From Octopus sinensis (taxonomy: Eukaryota), in assembly GCF_006345805.1 (NCBI RefSeq), contig NC_042999.1, positions 87,544,001 through 87,608,000 on the forward strand: a stretch of 64,000 nucleotides of DNA. The letters run 5' to 3'. Position numbers and translations under genes: made by a program. A model generated the notes under the pieces. That model was given only the letters and a program-made list of their open reading frames with translations. It had not been told where the DNA came from and did no database searches. Numbering within the stretch: the first letter of the stretch is position 1; every line of letters begins with the position of its first letter. This document shows positions 37,496 to 48,940 of this stretch, one piece after another.

Positions 37496-38269
37496 GGTCA
37501 TGAGCGCTGCGTTCTCTTCTTTCAATAAGCCCCTTCCAAAAATACACGAATGTTATTACAAACAATTATCACTGAGGTAGTTGTATTACGTAATTGTATA
37601 CTCTTCATTAATTACAATGACTTGTAATCGAGCATTAACATACTGTCAAGTTAAGATATATATATATATGTTTGTAATTTCCTCGTTGTCTTCCATTTGC
37701 CTGAGGAGCTTTTGAACTCCACAAGATAACGAATCACACGCCAGTTATAGTTTCCACTGCTTACATCAGCGGAAACAAGCATGGCTGAATGGTTAAGACG
37801 TTTTCTTCGCAATCCTGAAGCTCTTGCTTCACTCCCGCAGCATGGCCTCTTTGGAAAGTGCTTTTCTCAAAGTCATGCACTGTATAATGCTGACTCTCCC
37901 TGAGGATTAATGTGAGATTCTCAGTCATATTTTAATTTAACGACTGAAATGCACAGTTGATTCAATCGCAAGCTGTTCATCGCGTAAAGGACGGATGTCG
38001 TATCATATTAATGAACTCCGTATGCTATCAATTACTAACCGGGTAGGTTATGGAGACTCATTACTTCTTAAGATAATCCATGATTATTATATTGTATAAA
38101 AATATGATTATCATAATATATCATAATAGTTCTCAACTAATATGACGATAAATCATTACTTCTGAATATTGTCTGAAACAGACACTGAAGGAAAAATTCG
38201 CGAAAGAAAAATTCTCAAGAAACATTCTGCATATTAAATACGAACAAGCAAGAGTCTTACATTTTTATT

Positions 38270-39245
38270 TCTTTTACTTCTTCCGGTTTTTGGACTGCGA
38301 CCATACTATAGCACTTCCTTGAATTATCCAATGGTTTGACCAATTAAATTTACCCGCTGTACTTATTTCTAAAAATCTTATATATATAGTTTATGCATGT
38401 TTTTGTCTATCCACCAAGATACACAGATGTAACGAAACACCAGTTTCTAGAGGATGAAACACAAATATCAAGACACGTACACACAAATATACACATGCAG
38501 TCAAGTACGCACACGCATATAGACACAGACGGGCTTCCGCGCTGTTTCTGTCTCCCAAATTCACTCACATTCCATCTGTCAGCCGGGGACTAAAGAAGAC
38601 ACTCGATTGAAGTGTTTTTCAAGCATGGTACTTATTCTATTAGTCTCTTATGGTGAACCGCTAAGTTACGGGAACATAAAAAAGCTAACACCAGTTGTCA
38701 AGCGGTGGTGGGGGACAAACACATATATAAAGACAGACGCATACATACATGCAAACACGTACATGCACGCACACACACACACATACACACGCACGCGCGC
38801 ACACGCACACACACACGCACGTCCACACACACACGCATGCACGTACGCACACATACACATCTATCTATCTATCTACTTATCTGTATACGATGGGCTTCTT
38901 TCCGTTTCTGTCAACCAAATCTATTCACATTGGTGTGGTTGGCTCCCGGCCATAGTTGAAGACACTTGCCCAAGATGACACATAGTGGGATTGAATTCGG
39001 AACTATGTGGTTGGGAAGCAAACATCTTACTACAAAGCCACACCTACATAGAAATTAACAACCGTTGTTGGTTTGTTTACATCTCCGTAACTTAAGGATT
39101 CGGCAAAAGAACTGACACTAAATACCAGGCTTAAATTAAAATGAACTCTGTGGTCAATTTGTTCCACTAAAAACTTTCAAGGTGGTAAGTTCACCATAGT
39201 TGCAATCCAGTGACTGAAACAAACAAAGTGTAAAAGATAAAGATA
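38270..39245. mobile_element. Cluster of family A SINE pieces (minus: 38270-38390, 38520-38610, 38620-39047; plus tail: 39055-39245)
   Basis: Repeated matches to the family A head and 3' module. Confidence 0.75.
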
Positions 39246-39389
39246 CAAGCCAAACTACAATCCATTTATTTTTATGGAAATTTATTAGAGATCCACTATA
39301 TTTGAATACATTTTTAGATCAATGACATAAGGCGATCGTTTTACGGCTTCTATTTACTGTTAGGTTTATTACCTAAAAATTATGAACTC

Positions 39390-39551
39390 AAGCGTGGGTA
39401 TATAGTAAGAAGCTTGCTTCCCAACCACAGGGTTCCAGGTTCAGTCCTACTGCGTAGCACCTTGGGCAAGTGTCTTCTTCTATAGCCTTAGGCCTACCAA
39501 AGTCTTGTGAATGGATGAGTGGATTTGCTAGACGGAACTTGAAAGAAGTCT

Positions 39552-39621
<70 letters not shown>

Positions 39622-39850
39622 GTGTGTGTGTGTTTGTCCCCCACCGCTGCTTGATAGCTAGTGCTGGTGAGTTTACGTCCCCGTAATTTAACTGTTCGGC
39701 AAAAAAAGCCAATAGAATAAGTCTCATGTTTTAAAAAAAAAACGAAAAAAAAAGTACTGGGGTCAATTCATTCGACTAAAAATTCTCCAAGGTGGTACCG
39801 TAGCATGGCCGCAGTCTAATGATTGAAACAAGTACAAGGTAAAGGATAAA
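39390..39850 (+). mobile_element. Composite SINE (family A), internal (TA)n
   Basis: Head GTAAGAAGCTTGCTTCCCAACCAC..GGTTCAGTCC; 3' module as other copies. Confidence 0.85.
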
Positions 39851-39929
39851 AGATACTGGAAATGCGTTTGAGGAGTTCAGCATTGTAGTAAGATGGCAAT
39901 AAGCCAAGTTAAATTTCTATTGCTATGGC

Positions 39930-40170
39930 ATGAATGTTGCCCTTTAAAAGGACAACTACGATTCCCAAACAACGATAATTTTAAATACACTTATTTTAAA
40001 AGACGGAGACTAGGACGGAGAAAATCGTTAATTTGGAATTATATTTCTGGAGATATGTCTCGTTTTCCTCAAAGACTTCCCATCAGTCTTAAGCCCTGTT
40101 CTGAATCAGGTCAGTGCCAAATATTATTATAGCAAACTTTATCTTCTTTATTTCACATTTAATTCTTTCA
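39930..40170 (+). mobile_element. Penelope-like GIY-YIG fragment
   Basis: CCPLKGQ (cf. CPLxGxC), SLIWNY (cf. LSxxIW), KPCSESGQCQILL (cf. KPY..KxCxLCL). Confidence 0.5.
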
Positions 40171-40346
40171 GATACCCAGCATTTACCATGAGCTCTTTGT
40201 GTTTGTTTCTACGCATGCATCTACTTAAGTTGGTTTGGAGCAAGTGTTTGTATTTGTAAATTTATCCGAAAGAGTCTTAGAACATATGTTTTCCCATACG
40301 AGTATTTATATGCTTGTTTCCGATTGAGTCCCTGTTACTGCAGAAG

Positions 40347-40716
<370 letters not shown>

Positions 40717-41208
40717 TGCATGCATGTATACACACACACATGGTACTCTGTGACACGTGTGTGTGTGCGTGTGAGTGCATGTAATATATGGTCAACACAA
40801 TTTTTTCGTCATTGCTTTTCACCTTATTTGATATTTAACTCTATTGCACATTCTCCCAGCTTCATAAACCCTTCAGGGTTGCGTTATATATCTTTACCCG
40901 ATGAAGACTAAAGTCCCAGAAACCATATCTACTAGTCTTGCCAAGCTGGAGGGGAGTGATTAGCTCCCTTACTCGCAATATATAGGATAACCGTGTTATA
41001 GTGGGGGAAAAAAAACGTTGGCGTATAATTGATACATATATCTTGCTTAGAGATTATAGAACTATTTTGCTCCTTATATATATATATATAGCAATTAAGG
41101 ACAACTACTTAATAAGGAAAACTTAACAAGAAATTGTCAGGTAGATAGCGTGAAAACCTCATAAGAGAATAAATTTCGAAAATAATTATTTCTTATTGAA
41201 CATATTAA

Positions 41209-41597
41209 TTTATATATAGAGGGCATTATACATACATGCCAGAGGGCATTATACATACATGCCACACGCTTTCCCGAAATGCAATTCGTAAAAGTATGCC
41301 ATTTACAGGATGTAATATATGTAAACTCACCCATGTGCTTCGTTGATGTTGATCAGTTAGCTGATCGGCTTAAGCGGGGCAGGGTCGTTTATTTATGATA
41401 CATTCAGGCCTGCTGATGAATACGTAAGTATGAAATCACTGTGATACAGGTCTATATTTTTTAAATGTCTTACTTTGAAAAATTGCATTCGGTGGGATTA
41501 GTAATATTTTTGGTAGAAATGACTAATTGTCCCTCTTAGCGTGTGGCATGTATGTATAATGCCCTCTGGCATGTATGTATAATGCCCTCTATATATA

Positions 41598-41599
<2 letters not shown>
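41209..41599. mobile_element. ORF-less element with perfect 62-bp inverted repeats at a TA-rich site, containing a hammerhead motif
   Basis: 41209-41270 is the exact reverse complement of 41538-41599; each arm holds two tandem copies of AGAGGGCATTATACATACATGCC. Confidence 0.9.
41407..41452 (+). ncRNA. Minimal type I hammerhead ribozyme motif
   Basis: Stem I GGCCTG/CAGGTC; CTGATGA 41413-41419; stem II ATAC-GTAA-GTAT; GAAA 41432-41435; stem III TCAC-T-GTGA; TA 41445-41446. Confidence 0.85.
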
Positions 41600-41632
<33 letters not shown>

Positions 41633-41664
41633 CTTACACATACATATATACATATTCTTTTATT

Positions 41665-42057
41665 ATTTTATTTGTTTCAGCCATTTGGCTGCGGCCATGC
41701 TGGAGCACTGACTTGAGTAGAGCAAATCGATTCCACAACTTATTCTTTGTAAGCCTACTACTCAATCTATCGGCCTCTTTTACCGAACCGCTAAGTTACG
41801 AGGACGTAAACACACCAACATCAATTGTCAAGCGATGTTGGGGGGGGGCAGACACAGACACACAAATATATACATATACATATATATATATACAACAGAC
41901 TTCTTTCAGTTTCCGTCTACCAAATCCACTCACAAGGCTTTGGTCGGCCCGAGGCTATAGAAGAAGGCACTTGACCAAGGTACTATGCAGGGAGACTGAA
42001 CCCGAAACCCTGTGTTTGGTAAACAAGCTACTTAAGATACAGCCACTCCTGTGCCTA
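41665..42057 (-). mobile_element. Composite SINE (family A)
   Basis: Reverse complement of head (ACAGCCACTCCTGTGCCTA) and 3' module. Confidence 0.85.
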
Positions 42058-42084
42058 TATAAATATATATTTTCAGATAATAAT

Positions 42085-42260
42085 TTATAGTACTAACAGG
42101 CAGTACCGTGATTTTTGGCACATTACATAGAGTCTGTAAGTATGAACGGTGAACCTAGTTTTTGTAACTCTTCTGTACTTTGATTTTAGATAACACATAG
42201 CTCCTCCGCATTTTGGCTTAGAAAATGAGTATTTATTTGGAATCTTAAAATTCATCTGAG
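42085..42260 (-). mobile_element. Possible inverted Penelope-like C-terminal fragment
   Basis: SKPKCGGAMCYL (cf. KPYxxGxxxCxLC) and LYVMCQKSR (cf. ExxxxCRHxxK). Confidence 0.35.
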
Positions 42261-42355
42261 TTTCTGTATGGACGAAACTACTGTCCATATTCTGGAATTA
42301 GTGGTCTTACATATCAATTTTCATAAGCATGAACCGTAACGCGGGTATGCTTGCA

Positions 42356-42466
<111 letters not shown>

Positions 42467-42469
42467 AAG

Positions 42470-43600
42470 TGTCTCGAATTTATTTGCTAACGAGACAATA
42501 TTTAACAACCATGCTCCACATTATGATCAAGCATTACAACTAAGTGGTTTCCAGGAAAAATATATTATATAATACTATACTAAAAACAAAAATAGCAAAC
42601 ATATTTTCCGAAAAAAATGCTTAACCTATTAAATCTGCCTCTATTGAAAATCAATTAAATGATTTGTGACCTAAATTACACACAAGACCACACCGGCCAT
42701 ATTGAAAATCTACATTAAATTCGTATCGCAACCCAAATTAAAACATAATAATGCTCAATAGTGTATCTAAATCGAGAAAATGTGAAATCATTTGGTACGC
42801 CCCGCCACTTCCCTTCAAATAAAATCGTTACAGAAACTTTTCTTTAAAATTTTAAAACAAACTTTGCGAAACACCATAAATACTATCCGATATTCAATAA
42901 ATCCTGTGTAAAACTTTGTTTCTGTACAACTCCTAATTTGGATCGATAATATACTCTATTAAAAAATCAAAAACTAGTGCACAAACTTGTAAATTTAATG
43001 CATCAGATAAATACAAGAATCTTGGTCAAACTTCCAACCATAAAACACAAGCAATTTCTAGCTCCAATAAGACTTCCAATCTGAAACTGATACTCATAAT
43101 TTAAATAATACTATCGGCCAACAAACCAATATCCCGGCTCTAAATTTACCTAAATTAAAAATGAAATAGCAAAAAACAAACAAACAAACAAAAAAAACCA
43201 AAGAGATGCAATTGCCGCATAAATGATTCCTGTCCACTTACGGGATATTGTACACGATATAATGTTATTTTATATGTGAGGTATTCACACCAGATGCACA
43301 ACCCAAAATATATATCGGTAGCGTAGATATCGAACTTATATCAATTCTTTTAATAAAGCTAAATATAAAACGGCTACCTTACTTGCAAAGTATATTCACT
43401 ATCTCTAATCAGAAAACAGAAAGTGTACACTAAAACGGTCCATTGAATCCGAAGCCCCCTCATATAACATTAAGTTAGGTAAGTGTAAAGTATATATAAG
43501 GGAAGCGCTCATCATTCTTCGAACGCACAATTTATAGCTACTTAACAAATTATCAGACGTGGTTTTTTCATGCAAATATAAAATTTACACAACATTTTTA
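42470..43600 (+). mobile_element. 5'-truncated Penelope-like element (RT thumb, linker, GIY-YIG)
   Basis: PHYDQALQLSGF, IIWYAPP, HHKYYPIFNKSCVKLCFCTTPNL, RCNCRINDSCPLTGYC, KIYIG (43306-43320), LLNKLSDVVFSCKYK. Confidence 0.85.
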
Positions 43601-43781
43601 CTCTTCAGTGACTCTGATTAGAATTGAACTAAGACACATTTTAAAACAAATTGTTATTCATTGTCATGAATATTTTATTGGACTATATTTAATTCTCTTT
43701 CTCCTCCTTCCCATGACTTATCTATATAAAAAAACCCTAATATCTAGTACTTGTCACTGTCAACTTGCAAATGTAAAACCT

Positions 43782-43870
43782 GTTACCCTGAAGGAGGAAT
43801 TGCTAAATAATTGGTACTAGATACCCATATTTTTACCAGCATTTAACCTCTAGAAATCGCCATTGGTAAC
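43782..43870 (+). ncRNA. Decayed hammerhead motif downstream of the PLE ORF
   Basis: Stem I GTTACC/GGTAAC perfect; core CTGAAG lacking A9; long stem II GAGG..CCTC; 2 extra nt before GAAA; stem III TCGCCA one change from palindromic TCGCGA. Confidence 0.55.
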
Positions 43871-44301
43871 CTATTTTAACAATTTTCAACTCTCCTGAAT
43901 TTTAATCTCTTTCCTCGTTGTATCTTTTATTTCAGTTTCATCACTACCTCTTCAGTATATTTACATATACATGTATGCTTTTATATATTTATATCTACAT
44001 CTAAAAACTTTTTAAAAATCTGTTATATATATGTTTTTAATATATTCATTTATTTGCAGATTTTAAAACAAATGTCTATATGTTTATATATTTTTAATGT
44101 ATCATGTGTATACTTGTTCTTTAAATTCATGTGAAATGAGAGTCACGTTTATGAATTAAATTACCTGGTCTTACGTTTCATCATATTATATATTTTTATC
44201 TTTTGTCTCAAGTTGCTCTTGAACACTTTTAAGAGCAAACTTTTACTTGGTGAGAGAATTTCTGATTAATTATATTCTTTCTCAAGACAATTATATATAT
44301 A

Positions 44302-44462
44302 TAGGCGCAGGAGTGGCTGTGTGGTAAGTAGCTTGCTAACCAACTACATGGTTTCGGGTTCAGTCCACTCCGTGGCATCTTGGACAAGTCTGCTATTGCC
44401 CCGGGCCGACCAATGCCTTGTGAGTAGATTTGGTTGACGGAAACTGAAAGAAGCCCGTCGTA

Positions 44463-44543
<81 letters not shown>

Positions 44544-44757
44544 GTATGTATGTGTTTGTGCGTCTGTGTTTGTCCCCCTAGCATTGCTTGACAACCGATG
44601 CTGGTGTGTTTACGTCCCCGTCACTTAGCTGTTCGGCAAAAGAGACCGATAGAATAAGCACTGGGCTTACAAAGAATAAGTCCCGGGTCAATTTGCTCGA
44701 CTAAAGGCGGTGCTCCAGCATGGCCGCAGTCAACTGACTGAAACAAGTAAAGGAGTA
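44302..44757 (+). mobile_element. Composite SINE (family A), well preserved
   Basis: Full head, (TA)n(TG)n linker, 3' module ending GAAACAAGTAAAGGAGTA. Confidence 0.9.
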
Positions 44758-44784
44758 TATAACATATATATATATATATATATA

Positions 44785-45010
44785 TTCTTTTACTCTTTTA
44801 CTCTTTTGTTTCAATCATTTGACTGCGACCATGCTGGAGCACCGCCTTTAATCGAGCAACTCGACCCCGGGACTTATTCTTTTGTAAGCCCAGTACGTAT
44901 TCTAGCGGTTTCTTTTGCCGAACCGCTAAGTAACGGGGGCATAAACACACCAGCATCGGTTGTCAAGCAATGCTAGGGGGACAAACACAGACACAGAAAC
45001 ACACACACGC

Positions 45011-45041
<31 letters not shown>

Positions 45042-45208
45042 TACGACCGGCTTCTTTCAGTTTCCGTCTACCAAATCCACTCACAAGGCTTTGGTCGGCC
45101 CGAGGCTATAGTAGAAGACACTTGCCCAAGGTGCCACGCAGTGGGACTGAACCCGGAACCATGTGGTTGGTAAACAAGCTACTTACCATACAGCCACTCC
45201 TGCGCCTA
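44785..45208 (-). mobile_element. Composite SINE (family A), well preserved, inverted relative to 44302-44757
   Basis: Reverse complement of the same modules; (TACTCTTT)n tail. Confidence 0.9.
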
Positions 45209-45249
45209 TATAATCTCAAGAAGAGATAGAGTGGTAACGTATACTAAAC

Positions 45250-45589
45250 AGTAAATGAGTTGCCACATCAAATTGGCAGTTGAATGTTACAACTAGTTTA
45301 ACCCCAGGCAGATTCTCCGACAGCTGGTTTTCGATGCTACGTTCTGCATCCTTTATATACAATATACCGCTATTAGGGGGAGCGAACCCCTACTAACCTC
45401 CATCCAGAACGTGAAACTAGGCCAGTTAGCTGATGGAGGTTAATAGGGTTTCGCTTCCCTTGCTTGCGGTATATTGTATATAAAGGATGCAGAAGAACGT
45501 TGCATTGAAAAACCAGCTGGCGGAGAGTCTGCCTGGGGTTAAACAAGTAGTAACATTCAACTGCCACTGTAATGAGGCAACCCATTTAC

Positions 45590-45590
<1 letters not shown>
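45250..45590. mobile_element. Foldback MITE-like element (whole-length palindrome, about 340 bp) abutting (TA)n
   Basis: Left AGTAAATGAGTTGCC..TGGCAGTTGAATGTTAC..GTTTAACCCCAGGCAGA..CTGCATCCTTTATA..CAATATACCGC matches the reverse complement of the right half. Confidence 0.85.
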
Positions 45591-45623
<33 letters not shown>

Positions 45624-45667
45624 ATAATATATATATATATGTATTTATGTATGAGTGTATGTGTGTG

Positions 45668-46542
45668 TACACAGAGTGTATTCGGACAAAATTTAAGGAT
45701 TTTCTATATCTCTTTTTTTCAGCAACAGCTTCATATATAGGTGAACAACAATCGGCGATCGAGAGCATAAAGAATATAATTGTAGATGAAAAAAAGTTAA
45801 CTGACATGGAGGATTGAAAGCTATCTGAATAATGGAAAATGAGTTACCTGCGTAAGGATGATTCGCTCCGGCTGTCAAAATGCCAACATTATTATTGCTG
45901 CTCAGTATTTCGTGAACACTGTAAAGGGTGAAAGGCTGAAAGCTGCAATGGAGATTACGAAGCCGTAGCCAGCAGGTGTTCTGACTGTCCCTGCCAGAAT
46001 TCTACACCTCATGTTTGAACACGACCTTATCTTCAATTCAGATGGGTATGTAAAGCTGCTAGAGCCTTTGGTCAGTCCCTGGTCAGAGAGGGTTACTGCT
46101 AGAATGTTATATGCGTGTGCCAGCAGGTTTCGGCTCCTTGCCCTATCTCCAGAAAGTGTCAAAAATAGTTGTCGGAGAATTTCTACGACTTCACCAGCTC
46201 TAATTTCTAGTCTCCTAATTCCTTCGATTATAATGTCTTGGATAACTATGTACAGGCGCAGTCGGAAAAAACACCAACCGCTCTGCCTGTAACCCCAAGG
46301 CCCAGCTGGTGACTAAAATCAATTAAGTGTTCGAAGATCTTCGCAAAAAGACAGTGAAGGGCGCATGTGCCAGGTTCGAGAGCCGTCTTGAGGCCGTTGT
46401 GGAAGCTGGGGGGGGCAACTACTTCGAGTAAATTGTTATCTTTCAAATTTTATCTAGTTCATATTCTTTATTTTTGGATGGAATGTTGTTTGTTATTTTC
46501 CTTTTAAGCTAACTGTCGTATTTAGCTCGAATACCTTATACA
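45668..46542 (+). mobile_element. Internally deleted Tc1/mariner (maT/DD37D-like) element
   Basis: GDYEAVASR, NSDGYVKLLEPLVSPW, QQVSAPC (cf. QQDSAPxH), SPNSFDYNVLD (cf. PPNSPDxNPxD), SRLEAVVEAGG; decayed TIRs GTATTCG at about 45672 and 46527. Confidence 0.8.
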
Positions 46543-46771
46543 CATATGCTTCCACACACACACGCACGCACGCACGCACGCACACCCACCCACCTACACA
46601 CCCAAAATAATAAAATTGGATAGATGTAATATGGTGCATTCTAGTACCTATATTGTTAGAAATATGGGTCAAAGACCTTTATAGCTACTAAAAAACCACA
46701 AGTCTTTTACTTACAGGTATGTATACGCACACACACACGCACATACACACACACACACATACACACATACA

Positions 46772-47642
46772 TGTGGTCTGATCAATATGTATCCGGACTA
46801 CTGCCATGGTAACGAAGCTGGTGTACACAGAGTAAAGTCGCTTGGCATGCATACTCAGTTTTAACGTTCTAGCTACATATCACTGTTTACATCAGTACTT
46901 GGAAAGAACGTGTGTTGTTTGTGATTGTGGAATTGACAATAACAAAGAAAGTGGAGTATAGAATCTACATCAAATTTTGTCAAAAGCTTAGTGATACCAG
47001 CTCAGAGGCATACGCAAAGTTTTCAAAACATTTTGATCGTTCTCGACATAATCCAAGAGATTTTGTGCAACTGAAACCCAAGTGACTTTTTGGTCAGCTG
47101 AAAGCATTTTAGCGCAAACTTGGCAGACACGCACCTTATACCCAAATCTTCAGTGATAATGGACTGAACTGAACCGTAACTAATTTGCACATCTTCTGGG
47201 AACTCACGGATGGTGATTCGATGATTTTTCCCTCACTGTTGCACGCACATGGGCGATGTTTTTCTCAGTTCTGCTGGTTCAGGTCTCCCAGAACTTCCAT
47301 CAATATCGACATGTTTTCGGCCATCTTGGAAACGTCTGAACCACATTTACACTTGTATGCGGTTCATACACTTCTCTCCATGCACTTTCTGAAACTCTGC
47401 GCAGGCCTCTGAGCAAGTATCGCATTGTCACCTTTTACTGCCATGGTCAGTGCGACGATCACATGCTACACAACTTCCTTCTAAGTACTACTACTATAAA
47501 CAGCGGCAGTGAGTTAAAAGGCTAAAACTTTGTGCGCATGCACAGCTGAGTTCAAGGTCAACCTGTGCCAAGAGGCTCCACACTGTATGCTTTAGCTTCG
47601 TTACTATGGTAACAGTCCGGTTACTTATTGGATCAGACCTCG
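46772..47642. mobile_element. Mariner-derived unit made of two 5' halves facing inward
   Basis: About 50-bp TIRs (C/T)G(A/T)GGTCTGATC..GTAACGAAGCT at both ends; plus-strand KKVEYRIYIKFCQKL on the left; minus-strand WFRRFQDGRKHV..GRP..RITIRE..GSVQSIITEDLG on the right. Confidence 0.8.
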
Positions 47643-47666
47643 TATATACATACATACATACATACC

Positions 47667-47731
<65 letters not shown>

Positions 47732-47737
47732 AATATA

Positions 47738-47775
<38 letters not shown>

Positions 47776-47913
47776 TGTATATATGTGTGTGTGTGCATAT
47801 ATGATATATATATATATATGTGTGGGTGTATATATATATACATATAATATATATATGTGTGTATATATACACATACACATATATTACATACTTACCTACA
47901 CACACACACACAC

Positions 47914-47965
<52 letters not shown>

Positions 47966-48010
47966 GTACGTACCTACCTACATACATACATGCATAGAGG
48001 CATGCATATA
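47643..48010. repeat. Compound (TA)/(TG)/(CA) microsatellite
   Basis: Seen directly. Confidence 0.9.
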
Positions 48011-48794
48011 AATATAATTATAATTATATAGTGGCTCTGTAATTTTGCGTACCGAAAATCTTGGGTTATCTTGTCTATTTTCATGTAAACCACTATTTAC
48101 TCTTATATTTTATTGCATTCTGTTTTAATGTTATATTTTATGCATATCTGCAAACAGCTTGAAATGCGCACATTGTTATTTCGCTAGTTTCGAACTTGTG
48201 CGCTTTTTTGCTACGTGCGAATTATTTTAAGACCACATATGAGTACGTTTTAGTGAACACTGCATTGATTTTTCTTTATGGGAGAGTATCAATATACGAT
48301 GCACTTTGGGAAGGTATGAAATTTTATTAGATGTGCATTTGTGAGTGAGCGTACATATGAAGCTCCTATAGCGCATACGTTCGGAAATAGCTTCCGTAAT
48401 ATTCACGTGTAAAGAGTGAACACTAACTAAATTTAACAAAGACATTGTTTGCTCTTTGGACGTAGAAAATATTCACTAATGCCGAAGTAAGCATGAGAGC
48501 GAATGTATATTTATATAACTGCCTGCAATGTTATTTATAGTAGCGTTTATGAATCTCTTTCATGATTGCTTCCGTTAGGAGTTTTGCAGTTTTATAATTT
48601 CCAGCTGAATTTTTCACTTGGTATTGTTCTTCTATCATTTTCTTATATATCTGCGTGTTTGACACGATCTTCGTGTGCAAGCAGATTAGTTGTTTGTCTG
48701 TGTGAAATGGAGGTGATCAAGAAACAAAGTGAACAAACACATATGTTACTGGAATATAAATGGAAAAAAATAGAGTGCATACCAGAAAAAAAGG

Positions 48795-48940
48795 AGACGG
48801 AGAGAGAGAGAGAGAGAGAGAAGGAGAGAAAGAGAGGGAGAGAAAGATGGATAGATAAATATATATATAGAGAGAGTGAGAGAAGGAGAGAGGGAGAGAT
48901 AGATAGGGAGAGAAAGAGAAAGAGAGAGAGAGAGAGAGGA
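48795..48940. repeat. (GA)-rich tract
   Basis: Seen directly. Confidence 0.9.

Noticed and set aside
40895-40940. Hammerhead-like CCGATGA-AGAC-TAAA-GTC..GAAA after a possible PLE C-terminus
   Set aside because: Core U4 changed, spacer before GAAA, and no convincing stems I and III; at best a fossil.
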